The notes: a model not told the origin generated them from the letters alone. Numbered from the stretch's first letter, positions 11,491 through 20,806 are shown. The stretch: 64,000 bases of DNA from Candidatus Komeilibacteria bacterium (GCA_048538235.1 JBLYPX010000001.1:392013-456012); one strand, 5' to 3'. Made by a program: numbers and translations.

Positions 11491-11530
11491 ATATTTTACT
11501 TATTTATTTACTATATAATACCATATTTTA

Positions 11531-11971
11531 TTAATTCCAGACATGTCTTCTAGATATACTGAAATTCCACAAGAAACCTATAAATATACCTATTAATTTA
11601 GCTATTAAGTCATATATCTCTGTATGATGTACAAGAACGTAGAAAGTAGACTGAGCTAATACAAAACTACCAATAAAGATAATGACAAAATACTTAATAA
11701 TCTGTTTTAAACTATGACCATTATGTCCATCATTAAATGTCCAATACTTATTTAATAAATAGCTAGTAATAAGTCCAAAACAGAAAGAAATCATATTAGC
11801 TTGAACATAGTGACCAGAAAAATAATCTGTAAGTCTAGTCAAAGAAATATATATTGAATAATCTATGATAGTACTAATAAGACCAGAGGCTGCAAATTTA
11901 GCTCCTTGCTTAAAAACCTTTTTAATATGGTTAATAGATTTATTAATTAATATATCCAATATTGATTCCAT
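11531..11971 (-). CDS. GtrA family flippase-like protein
   Basis: 4 TM; KFAASG, NKYWTF and WNF motifs. Confidence 0.88.
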   Translation of the reverse strand: MESILDILINKSINHIKKVFKQGAKFAASGLISTIIDYSIYISLTRLTDYFSGHYVQANMISFCFGLITSYLLNKYWTFNDGHNGHSLKQIIKYFVIIFIGSFVLAQSTFYVLVHHTEIYDLIAKLIGIFIGFLWNFSISRRHVWN

Positions 11972-13865
11972 GATTATCTTTTTGATCTAATGTAAAAAAT
12001 TCATATTGCAAATTTCCCATAATGTTGAAGGATCGTAAATGTGGCCCGCCAGTATTTCCTGGACCAACTAATATATTATTATCGTTGGCACTAATATCTA
12101 TACCTCCTTTAAAGTTTTCATTGTAAGCATTAAATGACCTAATAAGTTCACCGCTTAAACTATACACCTTAATCTCTGGATATAGGCCTGAATGTGCACC
12201 AGTAATAATATTATTTCCTAGTATAGCTAATGACCCAGCTGTACCATCTAATAATATCTTAGAGTCTAATCTACCCAACTGATTATATATTAATACCATA
12301 CCCTTACCTAGAATATTTATTTCATTAACATTGTCTTGATCAATATCTCCAGCAAAAATATCATAGACAGGTGCTGATACAGCAAACTCATTTAATAAAT
12401 CTCCACCTAATGTATATAGCTTTATTAAACTATTATTATAATCTTCAGACCAAACCACTATTCTATTATTCAAATTATTTACCTTTAATCTATTCAAGCC
12501 GCTCACTTCCCACTCATTAATTAAATTACCTTGAGTGTCAAAAACTTTTATTAAATTACCATTTGCTTGAGCTGCTACTATATACTGAGTATTATTATCT
12601 GTTATCTTGGTAATATTTACACCACCAGTATAATCTGCAAAAGCATTAAACTGAGTTATTAGCTCACCGGCTTCATTATATTCATAGATATCTGATGAAA
12701 ATCCTCCTTTACTACTTACCATTACTCCGGTTTCAATATTTACAATATTTTTAGCTTGTTCAAATATACTTGCTAAATTTAATTTACCCTTACCCATTTT
12801 ACCTCTATAGTTTGGGTTATTAGCATCTATATTGTCTGCATTGTCTAATATTAAATTATATATCTCTTGATTAGTAAGAGCTGGCCTATATGCTTTTATT
12901 AAAGCAGCTGCTCCAGCAACTAGTGGAGTTGCAAGTGATGTACCTGACCAATAACCAGAAAACTTATCTCTATAATCTGCAAATATTGGTTGGTAAATAT
13001 TTAAACCATAAAAGTATTCACCTGGTGCATTAATATCTAAACACTCACTACCATAATTTGAGAATAAGCTTTTCTTATTCAACATATCTATAGAGCCAAC
13101 TCCTAGAATGTGATTATCTCCAACTGAACCATCAATGCAAACAGGATATCTAGGACTTGTTACTAAATCTACACTATTGTCTTGTCCTTTATCTCCAACA
13201 GATTCATTACCAACAGCAGCTACTACAACCACACCAGCATCATATGCTCTTTTAATAGCCGTAGATAAATTATTATCTGTAACAGCACCAACTAATGACA
13301 TATTAATAATATCTGCACCATTAGCAACAGCATAGTCTATAGCATCAACCACATCGGCTGTACTGCCGTTACCATATCCATCTAGAGCTATTAATGACAT
13401 TAAAGATACTTGCCAATTAACACCCGCAATACCATAATTATTATTTCCCCTAGCACCAATAATTCCTGCAACTAATGTTCCGTGATCAATTCCTAATTCA
13501 GAATAACCTGCATCAAATTTAGGATTAGGATCTGCTTCATTTCTAATAAAATCCCAACCATTGATATCATCTACATAACCATTATTATCATTATCTACAT
13601 TATCTCCAGCAATTTCATCGGTATTAACCCAGATATTCTCATAAATATCTGGATGATCCATATCTATACCAGTATCAATAACCGCTACCACTACTCTATT
13701 ACTACCGGTTGTATAATCCCAAGCCTGCTCAATATTTATTTCATCCAAATAATATAATTCTGTATTTAATGGATCATTAGATGTTTTAGCCATTAAAATA
13801 CCAGGCGTAATAAAAAAAACGACCAATAGAATACTAATTGTTTGTTTAAATCTAGTCATAAACAT
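11943..13865 (-). CDS. S8 subtilisin-family serine protease with C-terminal FG-GAP-like repeats
   Basis: Signal peptide; triad VIDTG / HGTLVAG / GTSLATP; C-terminal F.AY...FKGG and GGPH repeats. Confidence 0.92.
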   Translation of the reverse strand: MFMTRFKQTISILLVVFFITPGILMAKTSNDPLNTELYYLDEINIEQAWDYTTGSNRVVVAVIDTGIDMDHPDIYENIWVNTDEIAGDNVDNDNNGYVDDINGWDFIRNEADPNPKFDAGYSELGIDHGTLVAGIIGARGNNNYGIAGVNWQVSLMSLIALDGYGNGSTADVVDAIDYAVANGADIINMSLVGAVTDNNLSTAIKRAYDAGVVVVAAVGNESVGDKGQDNSVDLVTSPRYPVCIDGSVGDNHILGVGSIDMLNKKSLFSNYGSECLDINAPGEYFYGLNIYQPIFADYRDKFSGYWSGTSLATPLVAGAAALIKAYRPALTNQEIYNLILDNADNIDANNPNYRGKMGKGKLNLASIFEQAKNIVNIETGVMVSSKGGFSSDIYEYNEAGELITQFNAFADYTGGVNITKITDNNTQYIVAAQANGNLIKVFDTQGNLINEWEVSGLNRLKVNNLNNRIVVWSEDYNNSLIKLYTLGGDLLNEFAVSAPVYDIFAGDIDQDNVNEINILGKGMVLIYNQLGRLDSKILLDGTAGSLAILGNNIITGAHSGLYPEIKVYSLSGELIRSFNAYNENFKGGIDISANDNNILVGPGNTGGPHLRSFNIMGNLQYEFFTLDQKDNHGINIGYIN

Positions 13866-13949
13866 GGATAAATTATACCAAAACAGTCATTAATTGTCAT
13901 CACAATTATATTCCTAACCATAATTCATTAACTATTAACAATGTGGACA

Positions 13950-13983
13950 AGTATTTTGACAATAAATACTAATATGCTAGAAT
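13950..13983 (+). promoter_or_regulatory. sigma70 promoter of the small RNA, with an inverted repeat over the -35
   Basis: TTGACA 13956-13961, 16-nt spacer, TG-C-TAGAAT 13975-13983; AGTATTT-N7-AAATACT at 13950-13970. Confidence 0.65.
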
Positions 13984-13988
13984 TTAAG

Positions 13989-14057
13989 TACAAATGGTAT
14001 CCCCTTTTAGGGGTTGCTCCGAGACTCCATACCGAAAGGTATGGAGATCGTTTTTTT
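13989..14057 (+). ncRNA. candidate ~70-nt two-hairpin small RNA convergent on the PemK/MazF gene
   Basis: Follows a consensus promoter; hairpin GGTATCCCC-TTTTA-GGGGTTGCT, then CTCCATACC-GAAA-GGTATGGAG and T7; no plausible ORF. Confidence 0.55.
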
Positions 14058-14451
14058 ATAAATAGTTTTTTAGCCTATCTTTAATATCTAAAAAATAATT
14101 GTCTTCAATTAAACCAATTTTTCTTATCAACCTTTTGCTACTAAATAACTTTAATTGAGACAGTATAGTACTTTGCTTAGAGCCGTTATAGCTAAACTTA
14201 AAATAGTAATGTTTGTCTTTAATTTTAGTAGTTGTGGGAATAGCCCAAAATAAATCCTTATTAAATTTCTTTACTATAATAACTGGTCTCTCAAAGTTCT
14301 TATTTTTACCATCTTGTTCATAGCCAATATTTACACCTAAACTGGCCCACCATATTTCTTTTTCTCTAAAGAAAACTTCGCGCTCATCAGCAATGTGTAT
14401 TCTAATTTTCAATTTGGTCCATTCAATAAACTTATTTAAATAATCTTCCAT
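14056..14451 (-). CDS. PemK/MazF-family endoribonuclease toxin with no adjacent protein antitoxin
   Basis: EIWWASLGVNIGYEQDGK...RPVII, IPTTT, LSQLKLFSSKRL. Confidence 0.88.
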   Translation of the reverse strand: MEDYLNKFIEWTKLKIRIHIADEREVFFREKEIWWASLGVNIGYEQDGKNKNFERPVIIVKKFNKDLFWAIPTTTKIKDKHYYFKFSYNGSKQSTILSQLKLFSSKRLIRKIGLIEDNYFLDIKDRLKNYL

Positions 14452-14463
14452 ATTTTTTTAATT

Positions 14464-14492
14464 AAAAAAGGTCGCTAACTTAACGACCCTTT
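14464..14492 (-). terminator. intrinsic terminator (AGGGTC family)
   Basis: Minus strand AAAGGGTCG-TTAAGTTAG-CGACC-TTTTTT, ending 12 nt before the toxin ATG. Confidence 0.7.
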
Positions 14493-14508
14493 CAATTTAA
14501 TATGTAAT

Positions 14509-14973
14509 CTATTCTACAATTCCTCTATCCATTAAAGTTCTGTGTATTTCTCTCTGAGGTGGCAACTTTTCCCACTCATCTCTTAAAATATATTTTGTCT
14601 TCTGTAAACCCATTTGTAAAGCCAGCAATCTCCTATCTGTCCAATCCATAATTTTAGCCATTGTAGGACGTAAAGATATTTGGTACTCAAGGTCCTGAAA
14701 TCTACTCTCAACGTTGTCAAAACCTTTTTGCACCATTAAAGTTAATTCATGCAATTCATCCTTTGTTGCAAGATGCTTATTATTCTCAATAAAGGCTTGT
14801 TTTAAATCTTCTTTGGTTACGAGGTTTTTATTATTCTCAATAAAGGCCTGTTTTAAATCTTCTTTGGTTGCAAGATTCTTATTATTCTGAACCAAATCAT
14901 CTTTAGTGACAAGATTCTTGTTATTCTCCTGAATAACATTTTTGATTTGTTGAATGTCTTCTTTTTGAAGCAT
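14509..14973 (-). CDS. coiled-coil protein with tandem NNKNL(V/A)TKEDL repeats (DUF1640/Bdr-like)
   Basis: Four (A/V)TK(D/E)(D/E)L repeats; own promoter TTGACT-17-TATTAT upstream. Confidence 0.7.
   Translation of the reverse strand: MLQKEDIQQIKNVIQENNKNLVTKDDLVQNNKNLATKEDLKQAFIENNKNLVTKEDLKQAFIENNKHLATKDELHELTLMVQKGFDNVESRFQDLEYQISLRPTMAKIMDWTDRRLLALQMGLQKTKYILRDEWEKLPPQREIHRTLMDRGIVE
14757..14930 (-). repeat. intragenic tandem repeat, 51-bp (17-aa) units plus a shorter variant
   Basis: ttattctcaataaaggc(t/c)tgttttaaatcttctttggtt occurs twice; encodes ENNKNLVTKEDLKQAFI. Confidence 0.85.
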
Positions 14974-15070
14974 AGTCTTTTAGATAAATAATTAAAGACC
15001 CTTTCGACCCTTTAATTATTAACATAATATCATGCGATATATGAACAGTCAAAAACAATTTTTTGACAAT

Positions 15071-16579
15071 TTATTCTAAATTTAAACCATTGGGATATAT
15101 ATCCCAGGCTGGTACTTCTATTATTCTATCCCATCTAAAGTTATTTTCATTGAATGCATTTTCACTCATTATCCATCTTTTCTTACCATCTTCAATTAAA
15201 TATACTTTATTACTATTCTTGTACTTAATAAGTACATTATTTGGTTTAGTTGTAGCATCTATGATAGCATCAAGCTCTGGATATGAGGCAAGGTCATCTG
15301 TACTAACTGGATAAGCCCATTCATCTTTAAAACCTAAACTATCAAATACTTGTTTATTCATTATTAATCTTTTACCACCATCTTCTACAAAATAATATGT
15401 AGCGGCACCAACTTTTAGGATACTACCATCTCTATACTTTTGTTCAGCACCCAGTGGCATTCTATATAACTTAGATGAAGTTGTTACAGAACCTACTTTA
15501 ATATTCCAAGAATGAAGTACAGATAAATCTGACATATAGTGTTTTATGCCATCCTTAATATAATACACTCTATCTGTACCATATTCTTTATATGCTTTAT
15601 TATTTTCAATCTCATCTGGTATCCAACCATTAACTGAAGCAAGTAATCTATAACTTCCTAGTCTAGAAATATTAGCTGTGATTGTATTATTAGAAACTAT
15701 TGTAGCAACCGCTTCCCATTGATTATTATCTTCATCATAATGCGCTAGTCTTAAACTATTCTCAGCAAAGTTACTCATTCTAGTTGATGCATATTTAATT
15801 TCAATTGTTGCGGGTTTTGCTAAATAACTAACTTCATCATTTGAAATAGCTTCTCTAACAGTTAAATTAATAGGTTTTGTATATAGTGAAAACTGTCCGG
15901 TTGAAATAGATGGTCCATAAGGACGATTATCATTTGATTCAACAACAGAAAATACGCCGTGTGATGGCATAGCTGCTTCAGGAATACCAACTGTCACCTG
16001 GTAATTAAAATCTAATCTTTTAGATGTTCTACCAGAAGTTTCAGAGGTTAGTTCTAAAACACCATTAGTAGTTTCAATGTCAAAAATAGCATCCTGTAAT
16101 ATATTTGTCTGACAAGCTAATGTTTGAAATTGTTTTACATCTCCTTCATTCTTGTTACCAGCAACATCATATGTAGATATCCTATAACTATATAATTTTC
16201 CGCAGGTTAAATTCTGTAAACTAAAGCTTTGACTTCCCTGCTGCCAATATATAAGGCTAGTAGATTGAGTTAAGTTATTATCCAAACCATACTCAATCAT
16301 ACTTCTACCAATATATGCAGTTTCCCAATTAATAGTAACGCTAGATTTAGTTAAACTACTTGGATTACCTGTGGTTGGCTTGGCTTCACCTAATACATAA
16401 CCATAAGCTGCTAGTGGCTCAATATTATATCCATAACCTGTTTTAGACTGTCCATATTGGTTCTTACCACTACCCTGTATATAGCTAGTATCATCAGATC
16501 CAGAACGATAAAAATAAGCACTAGCCGTTATAGGCTGTGCTAATAGTACAAATATTAAAACTATAAATAGCTTTTTCAT
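15071..16579 (-). CDS. secreted surface protein: FN3-like domain plus C-terminal CPR-type repeat module
   Basis: Signal peptide; FN3-like VTINWET...LTCGKLYSYRI; three C-terminal LIK...VY.I.DG.KR repeats. Confidence 0.75.
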   Translation of the reverse strand: MKKLFIVLIFVLLAQPITASAYFYRSGSDDTSYIQGSGKNQYGQSKTGYGYNIEPLAAYGYVLGEAKPTTGNPSSLTKSSVTINWETAYIGRSMIEYGLDNNLTQSTSLIYWQQGSQSFSLQNLTCGKLYSYRISTYDVAGNKNEGDVKQFQTLACQTNILQDAIFDIETTNGVLELTSETSGRTSKRLDFNYQVTVGIPEAAMPSHGVFSVVESNDNRPYGPSISTGQFSLYTKPINLTVREAISNDEVSYLAKPATIEIKYASTRMSNFAENSLRLAHYDEDNNQWEAVATIVSNNTITANISRLGSYRLLASVNGWIPDEIENNKAYKEYGTDRVYYIKDGIKHYMSDLSVLHSWNIKVGSVTTSSKLYRMPLGAEQKYRDGSILKVGAATYYFVEDGGKRLIMNKQVFDSLGFKDEWAYPVSTDDLASYPELDAIIDATTKPNNVLIKYKNSNKVYLIEDGKKRWIMSENAFNENNFRWDRIIEVPAWDIYPNGLNLE

Positions 16580-16618
16580 AGCTATATTAAAATAGCAGTT
16601 TTTAAGTTAAAAGTCAAT

Positions 16619-17196
16619 CTAATTTTTACCCAGTAATAGCAGCACCAATCCCACCATCTTATCTTTATCTGCTGAATTACTTTCAGCAATTAACAATGTC
16701 AGTGTAGTTAAAACTTCTGGTGATAAACTATCTTTTAATAATTTAGCCTCATTTAAATACCAAATAAATGTAAAAGCCGCACTTCTTTTATTACCATCTA
16801 CAAAAGGATGATTCTTTTTCTATTTATCGTATAACCCTCTACTAAATGTCGTCTTAATACCTTTGTTGCCCAAATACGAAACAAGGTAGCTTTTTTAGAA
16901 TTAACTCTATAGCCGACAGATATGATAGCATCAAGATTATAATATTCAATTTTTCTTTTAATTTTTCTACTACCCTCAATCCGAACTGTTTCCAAAATGG
17001 AAACAGTTGCCCCTTTTGCTAACTCTCCCTGTATATAAATATTTTTAAGGTGTTTAGAAATAGCAGCCTTCTGAACGCCAAACAAATCGGCAATCTGGTT
17101 CAAATTACCCCAAATAGTGTCGCGTTCAAAATCCCCACGATATTCTATAGCTCCATTTTCTGCCTGATAAATGACTAAATCATTATTCTTTTTCAT
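16619..17196 (-). pseudogene. RhuM-Fic/Doc (death-on-curing) gene with an internal deletion and frameshift
   Basis: RhuM N-terminus (YNLDAIISVGYRVNS...FRIWAT) stops at 16798; the -1 frame 16816-16619 reads KNHPFVDGNKRSAAF...MVGLVLLLLGKN*, the Fic motif, with the intervening helical region absent. Confidence 0.8.
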
Positions 17197-17198
17197 AT

Positions 17199-17228
17199 AA
17201 AAAGAGATCGTTAATTAAACGACCCTTT
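17199..17228 (-). terminator. intrinsic terminator (AGGGTC family)
   Basis: Minus strand AAAGGGTCG-TTTAATTAA-CGATCTC-TTTTT, 2 nt before the RhuM ATG. Confidence 0.65.
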
Positions 17229-17249
17229 ATTATCTGAACTATATCCTAT

Positions 17250-18065
17250 TTATGAAATCCTTTTTTGTCTTTTTGAAGTTACTACACTTTTACCAGTTTT
17301 TTTCTCAACTTCTTTTCTAGCAATACCGGCTACACTACCGCCCTCATTTGCAACTTTCTTATTTTGAATAAATGTTTTAGGTTTTTTTTCTTTAGAAATT
17401 TCAGTAGTAGTTACTTCTGCAAGCATATTTAAAACAAGTTCCATATTAGACATATTATCTCTAAGATTTTGCTTCTTAAGACCTTTTAACTTTTTGTAAG
17501 CCTTAATACTTTTTCCTGACCAAGCCTTTGTAATTTCATTTGTCAAAATAGCAAATTCCAAACCTTCCTTCACTCCTCTTTCCTGCCATTCATCTGTAAG
17601 ATCTTTACGAACTTCAATTGTCTTAAGTCTCTGATTAATCCATTCCTTAGAATATCCTTTTTTAAGATATGTTTGCATTGCTCTATTTATTGCAAGTTCT
17701 GGATCTTCGGTTTCCTCAATCCTTTCATACCCAACTTTTGCTAGCCACAATTTTAAGGGTTCAGCTTTTGGTGATGGTATAGACTGAATGAGCCTTAAGA
17801 GAGTTTCAGTATCTACCACATCAGTAAGATATTTTTTACCGTCTGATGACTTTAATTTCAGTTGTCCCACTTTATGGGACAACTCACTTCCTTCATCTTT
17901 TAACTTAAACTTCAATGCATTCCAATACTTTCTTGGGCGAGGGCTGTCTGTAAGAATCCCTATAATATCTACAATTGAGAAATACCAAAGCTCTTTATCC
18001 TCATCCCAATGACGACGAACTTGTTTTTGATCAAATAATACAATTGAATTATTCTTTTTAGCCAT
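17250..18065 (-). CDS. Bro-N domain DNA-binding protein (phage antirepressor/DinD-like)
   Basis: VRRHWD...WYFSIVDII, LKLKSSDGKKYLTD, LIQSIPSPKAEP, NLRDNMSNMEL. Confidence 0.85.
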   Translation of the reverse strand: MAKKNNSIVLFDQKQVRRHWDEDKELWYFSIVDIIGILTDSPRPRKYWNALKFKLKDEGSELSHKVGQLKLKSSDGKKYLTDVVDTETLLRLIQSIPSPKAEPLKLWLAKVGYERIEETEDPELAINRAMQTYLKKGYSKEWINQRLKTIEVRKDLTDEWQERGVKEGLEFAILTNEITKAWSGKSIKAYKKLKGLKKQNLRDNMSNMELVLNMLAEVTTTEISKEKKPKTFIQNKKVANEGGSVAGIARKEVEKKTGKSVVTSKRQKRIS

Positions 18066-18108
18066 ATTTTTAATATATACTTAATCCCTTAACTATTGTT
18101 ATTATAAC

Positions 18109-18138
18109 AAAAGGGCCTACTCTATTAAAGTGACCCTT
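18109..18138 (-). terminator. intrinsic terminator (AGGGTC family)
   Basis: Minus strand AAGGGTCAC-TTTAATAGA-GTAGGCCC-TTTT. Confidence 0.55.
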
Positions 18139-18167
18139 ATAAATCAATAATACAATGTAGTATATTA

Positions 18168-18656
18168 TTAGTCAACAATAGTATATTTCTTGAAATATTT
18201 ATCTGGCACTACCTGCACTTTCTCACCCCAGTTATTACCGTACTTCTCTTGTACAATAGACGGGCTTCTAAGCCATGACAATTCTCCCTCACCTACTGTT
18301 TCAAATATTTGATGACCTATTACTTTCTTTACAAGTGTTCCAGTTGGTAAAAACATATCTCTACCCTCTTCCAATTCTTTCATTATTGTACTATCTACAT
18401 CTTCAATTACTACATCATCTGTAATATGTACATTAATCATTGCTTCATTGTATAGCCAATATCTTATTTCATCTCTAACAAGATAGATTCTGTCACTTGA
18501 ATCTGTTTTTATATACCTATCTGGTGTTGCTGTTCTCAATAGTACAATTTCTTCTCCATCTACTAATGTTGGTTCAGCACCAACCATTGCATATGTCATT
18601 GCTGGCATTAATAGAAGTAATAAAGTTAATGTTATGTTCTTTAGCATGGGCTTCAA
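18168..18656 (-). CDS. secreted protein consisting of the CPR-type surface repeat module
   Basis: Signal peptide; IKTDSSDRIYLVRDEIRYWLYNE is paralogous to the C-terminus of 19337..20668. Confidence 0.75.
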   Translation of the reverse strand: MKPMLKNITLTLLLLLMPAMTYAMVGAEPTLVDGEEIVLLRTATPDRYIKTDSSDRIYLVRDEIRYWLYNEAMINVHITDDVVIEDVDSTIMKELEEGRDMFLPTGTLVKKVIGHQIFETVGEGELSWLRSPSIVQEKYGNNWGEKVQVVPDKYFKKYTIVD

Positions 18657-18711
18657 TTTAATATTAATGGGAATATTATATATTGTTTTTTAATTTGGAG
18701 CAATAGAAAAC

Positions 18712-18742
18712 AAACAACCCCGTGTAAACACGGGGTTGTTTT
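18712..18742. terminator. intrinsic terminator
   Basis: AAACAACCCCGTGT-AA-ACACGGGGTTGTTT perfect hairpin. Confidence 0.75.
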
Positions 18743-18755
18743 ATACTTAATAAAT

Positions 18756-19340
18756 TTATGGGGTTGTAACATACTGTCTTATTTCCTCACTATCATAGCC
18801 TTCATTTCTGAATTCCTCATAATATTTAATAACATTTGCTTTATCCCCCAATGCCATATAATCGTACATAATATCTAGATGAAATTGTTGAATCTGAACA
18901 CCAAACATATCGTAAAACTCTAAGTAAGTATCTATAGCCTTTTGGTACTCACCCATATCTTCATACACGTGAGCTAAATTAATTAAAGCAATATCTGATT
19001 TTTCATAATAATCAAATATACTTTTTAAAACTTCTACTGATTCTTCATATTTTCTTATATACTTAGCATTCCTGGCGTAGTCTACAAACAGAGTTATGTC
19101 TGGCTTATCCTCTTCTTTCATTCCTCCATCCCTATAAATACTAATTGCATTTTGCAAATCCTGTTTTGAGACAATATATTTTTCAATAAGTTCATTCGCC
19201 ATATCTTGACCACCTATCATTTGTACAACCTCATCGGTTAGTTCAGGATATGGATTTCTTGTTATCTGGTAAATATATACGCCAATAATTACTACTAGCA
19301 AAACAATAACCAAGATAATAATATTTTTTATATTTTTCAT
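18756..19340 (-). CDS. membrane-anchored TPR protein
   Basis: N-terminal TM; ALINLAHVYEDMGEYQKAIDTY TPR motif. Confidence 0.8.
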   Translation of the reverse strand: MKNIKNIIILVIVLLVVIIGVYIYQITRNPYPELTDEVVQMIGGQDMANELIEKYIVSKQDLQNAISIYRDGGMKEEDKPDITLFVDYARNAKYIRKYEESVEVLKSIFDYYEKSDIALINLAHVYEDMGEYQKAIDTYLEFYDMFGVQIQQFHLDIMYDYMALGDKANVIKYYEEFRNEGYDSEEIRQYVTTP

Positions 19341-20668
19341 AGTGAATCTACTTCATTATATTGATTAAAATATCTATCTGGAACAAGATTTATATTATTA
19401 TACCAATCTGTTCCATACAAATTAATTGCTTCATCTTCTGATTGTATCCACCTGATTTTCCAATCACTACCAACCTCATACACTTTGTTTGAGATAATCC
19501 TCTTTATTAAGCTACCTTCCTTCATAGGCATATCCTTACCTTCTGCATAGCTTGCCATGGTACTATCGTCTATTAATTCAACATTTGAAAAATCTGTATA
19601 GTATTGGTAAAAAATTGCCTCATTATAAAACCAATATCTTACACCATCTTTTAATAGATATACTCTTGGACTTGATTCCGTCTTAATTAATGTTCCTGAC
19701 CATTCAGATTGATCGACTTGTGGCACATCTGGCTCTGGCTCTGGAGTGATCTCTGGCTCTGGAGTGATCTCTGGCTCTACTAATGTTATTGTTATAACAT
19801 CAGAAATATCAGTATTATAACCCCAATCTGATACATATGTTTGTACATCGTAATCACCAGCACTCAATCCTGAAACAGCATAATTCCATGAATCATAATT
19901 AGTCTCTAAAGCTTCTGAATCAACCCAATTAGCAAGCACACCATGTGGCACCATTGAAACTTGTAAAAACTTCGTAGATCCTTGCATTCTATCTTTTGAA
20001 TAACCTTCAATAATAAACGGATCACTAATTTCATAAGTTCCACCATCAACTATATTTTTTATATTAACCTTAGGTGGTAAAATATCATTTGTTCTATTCT
20101 CTAATGTATATACTTGGCCACTAACAACTGAACCACCCACTGGCCCATTATTACCGGAGTTAAGGAAAATTCCCTTATCTCCAGGATCATAAACACTATT
20201 ACTATTAGCATCAGATAACGCATCTATTTCGAACTGAATCTTCCTATTTGTGTTAACTGTAGTTTTTGTTTCAATCGAAACATATATATGTAAGCCACCT
20301 ACCGGAACAATAGTATTTAAATCGGTGAATACCCATCGTCTTGAATCCACCCTTACTCCTTCGTTTAAAACATTATCAATTCTATACCCTTTCCATATAT
20401 TATCTCCATCATCTGACCATAATATAACCTTAAGAATATCGTCGTTATTTGCATCTCGTGTATTGTTTACAGTAATAGCATCTAAAACATCTGCATTTCC
20501 ATTATTATCTGGTATTAAAACATCTAATACAAGAATATCAAAATCTGTACTATACACTTTAGATTCGCTATAACTTAAATAATTTTCCAAATCGCTACCT
20601 TCAAAGGCTAAAGAAGGCATGCTAAAACTCATAAATATTATTACCAATAAAAATATTAACTTTTTCAT
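19337..20668 (-). CDS. secreted surface protein, Ig-like domains plus C-terminal CPR-type repeat module
   Basis: Signal peptide, EPEITP linker, LIKTESSPRVYLLKDGVRYWF repeats. Confidence 0.75.
   Translation of the reverse strand: MKKLIFLLVIIFMSFSMPSLAFEGSDLENYLSYSESKVYSTDFDILVLDVLIPDNNGNADVLDAITVNNTRDANNDDILKVILWSDDGDNIWKGYRIDNVLNEGVRVDSRRWVFTDLNTIVPVGGLHIYVSIETKTTVNTNRKIQFEIDALSDANSNSVYDPGDKGIFLNSGNNGPVGGSVVSGQVYTLENRTNDILPPKVNIKNIVDGGTYEISDPFIIEGYSKDRMQGSTKFLQVSMVPHGVLANWVDSEALETNYDSWNYAVSGLSAGDYDVQTYVSDWGYNTDISDVITITLVEPEITPEPEITPEPEPDVPQVDQSEWSGTLIKTESSPRVYLLKDGVRYWFYNEAIFYQYYTDFSNVELIDDSTMASYAEGKDMPMKEGSLIKRIISNKVYEVGSDWKIRWIQSEDEAINLYGTDWYNNINLVPDRYFNQYNEVDSL
19734..19778. repeat. 18-bp tandem repeat (EPEITP linker)
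   Basis: tctggctctggagtgatc x2.5. Confidence 0.8.
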
Positions 20669-20729
20669 AAAAACATATCTAATAATTACGTATTTATTAT
20701 AGTTTAAAATTACTATTTGTTCAATAACA

Positions 20730-20757
20730 AAACACGACCCCCGAGGGGGTCGTGTTT
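20730..20757 (-). terminator. intrinsic terminator of the S-layer-like gene
   Basis: AAACACGACCCCC-GA-GGGGGTCGTGTTT hairpin. Confidence 0.8.
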
Positions 20758-20806
20758 GTGATAATCAACTAGTGTTGAGAATCTATATCAGTTCAATAAG
20801 ATCTGA

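Noticed and set aside
14757-14930. Possible CRISPR array
   Set aside because: The repeats are contiguous, in frame and coding, with no unique spacers and no cas genes in the window.
16798-16820. Programmed -1 frameshift joining RhuM and Fic
   Set aside because: No X XXY YYZ slippery heptamer (only A5), and a large part of the Fic domain is missing; a deletion explains it better.
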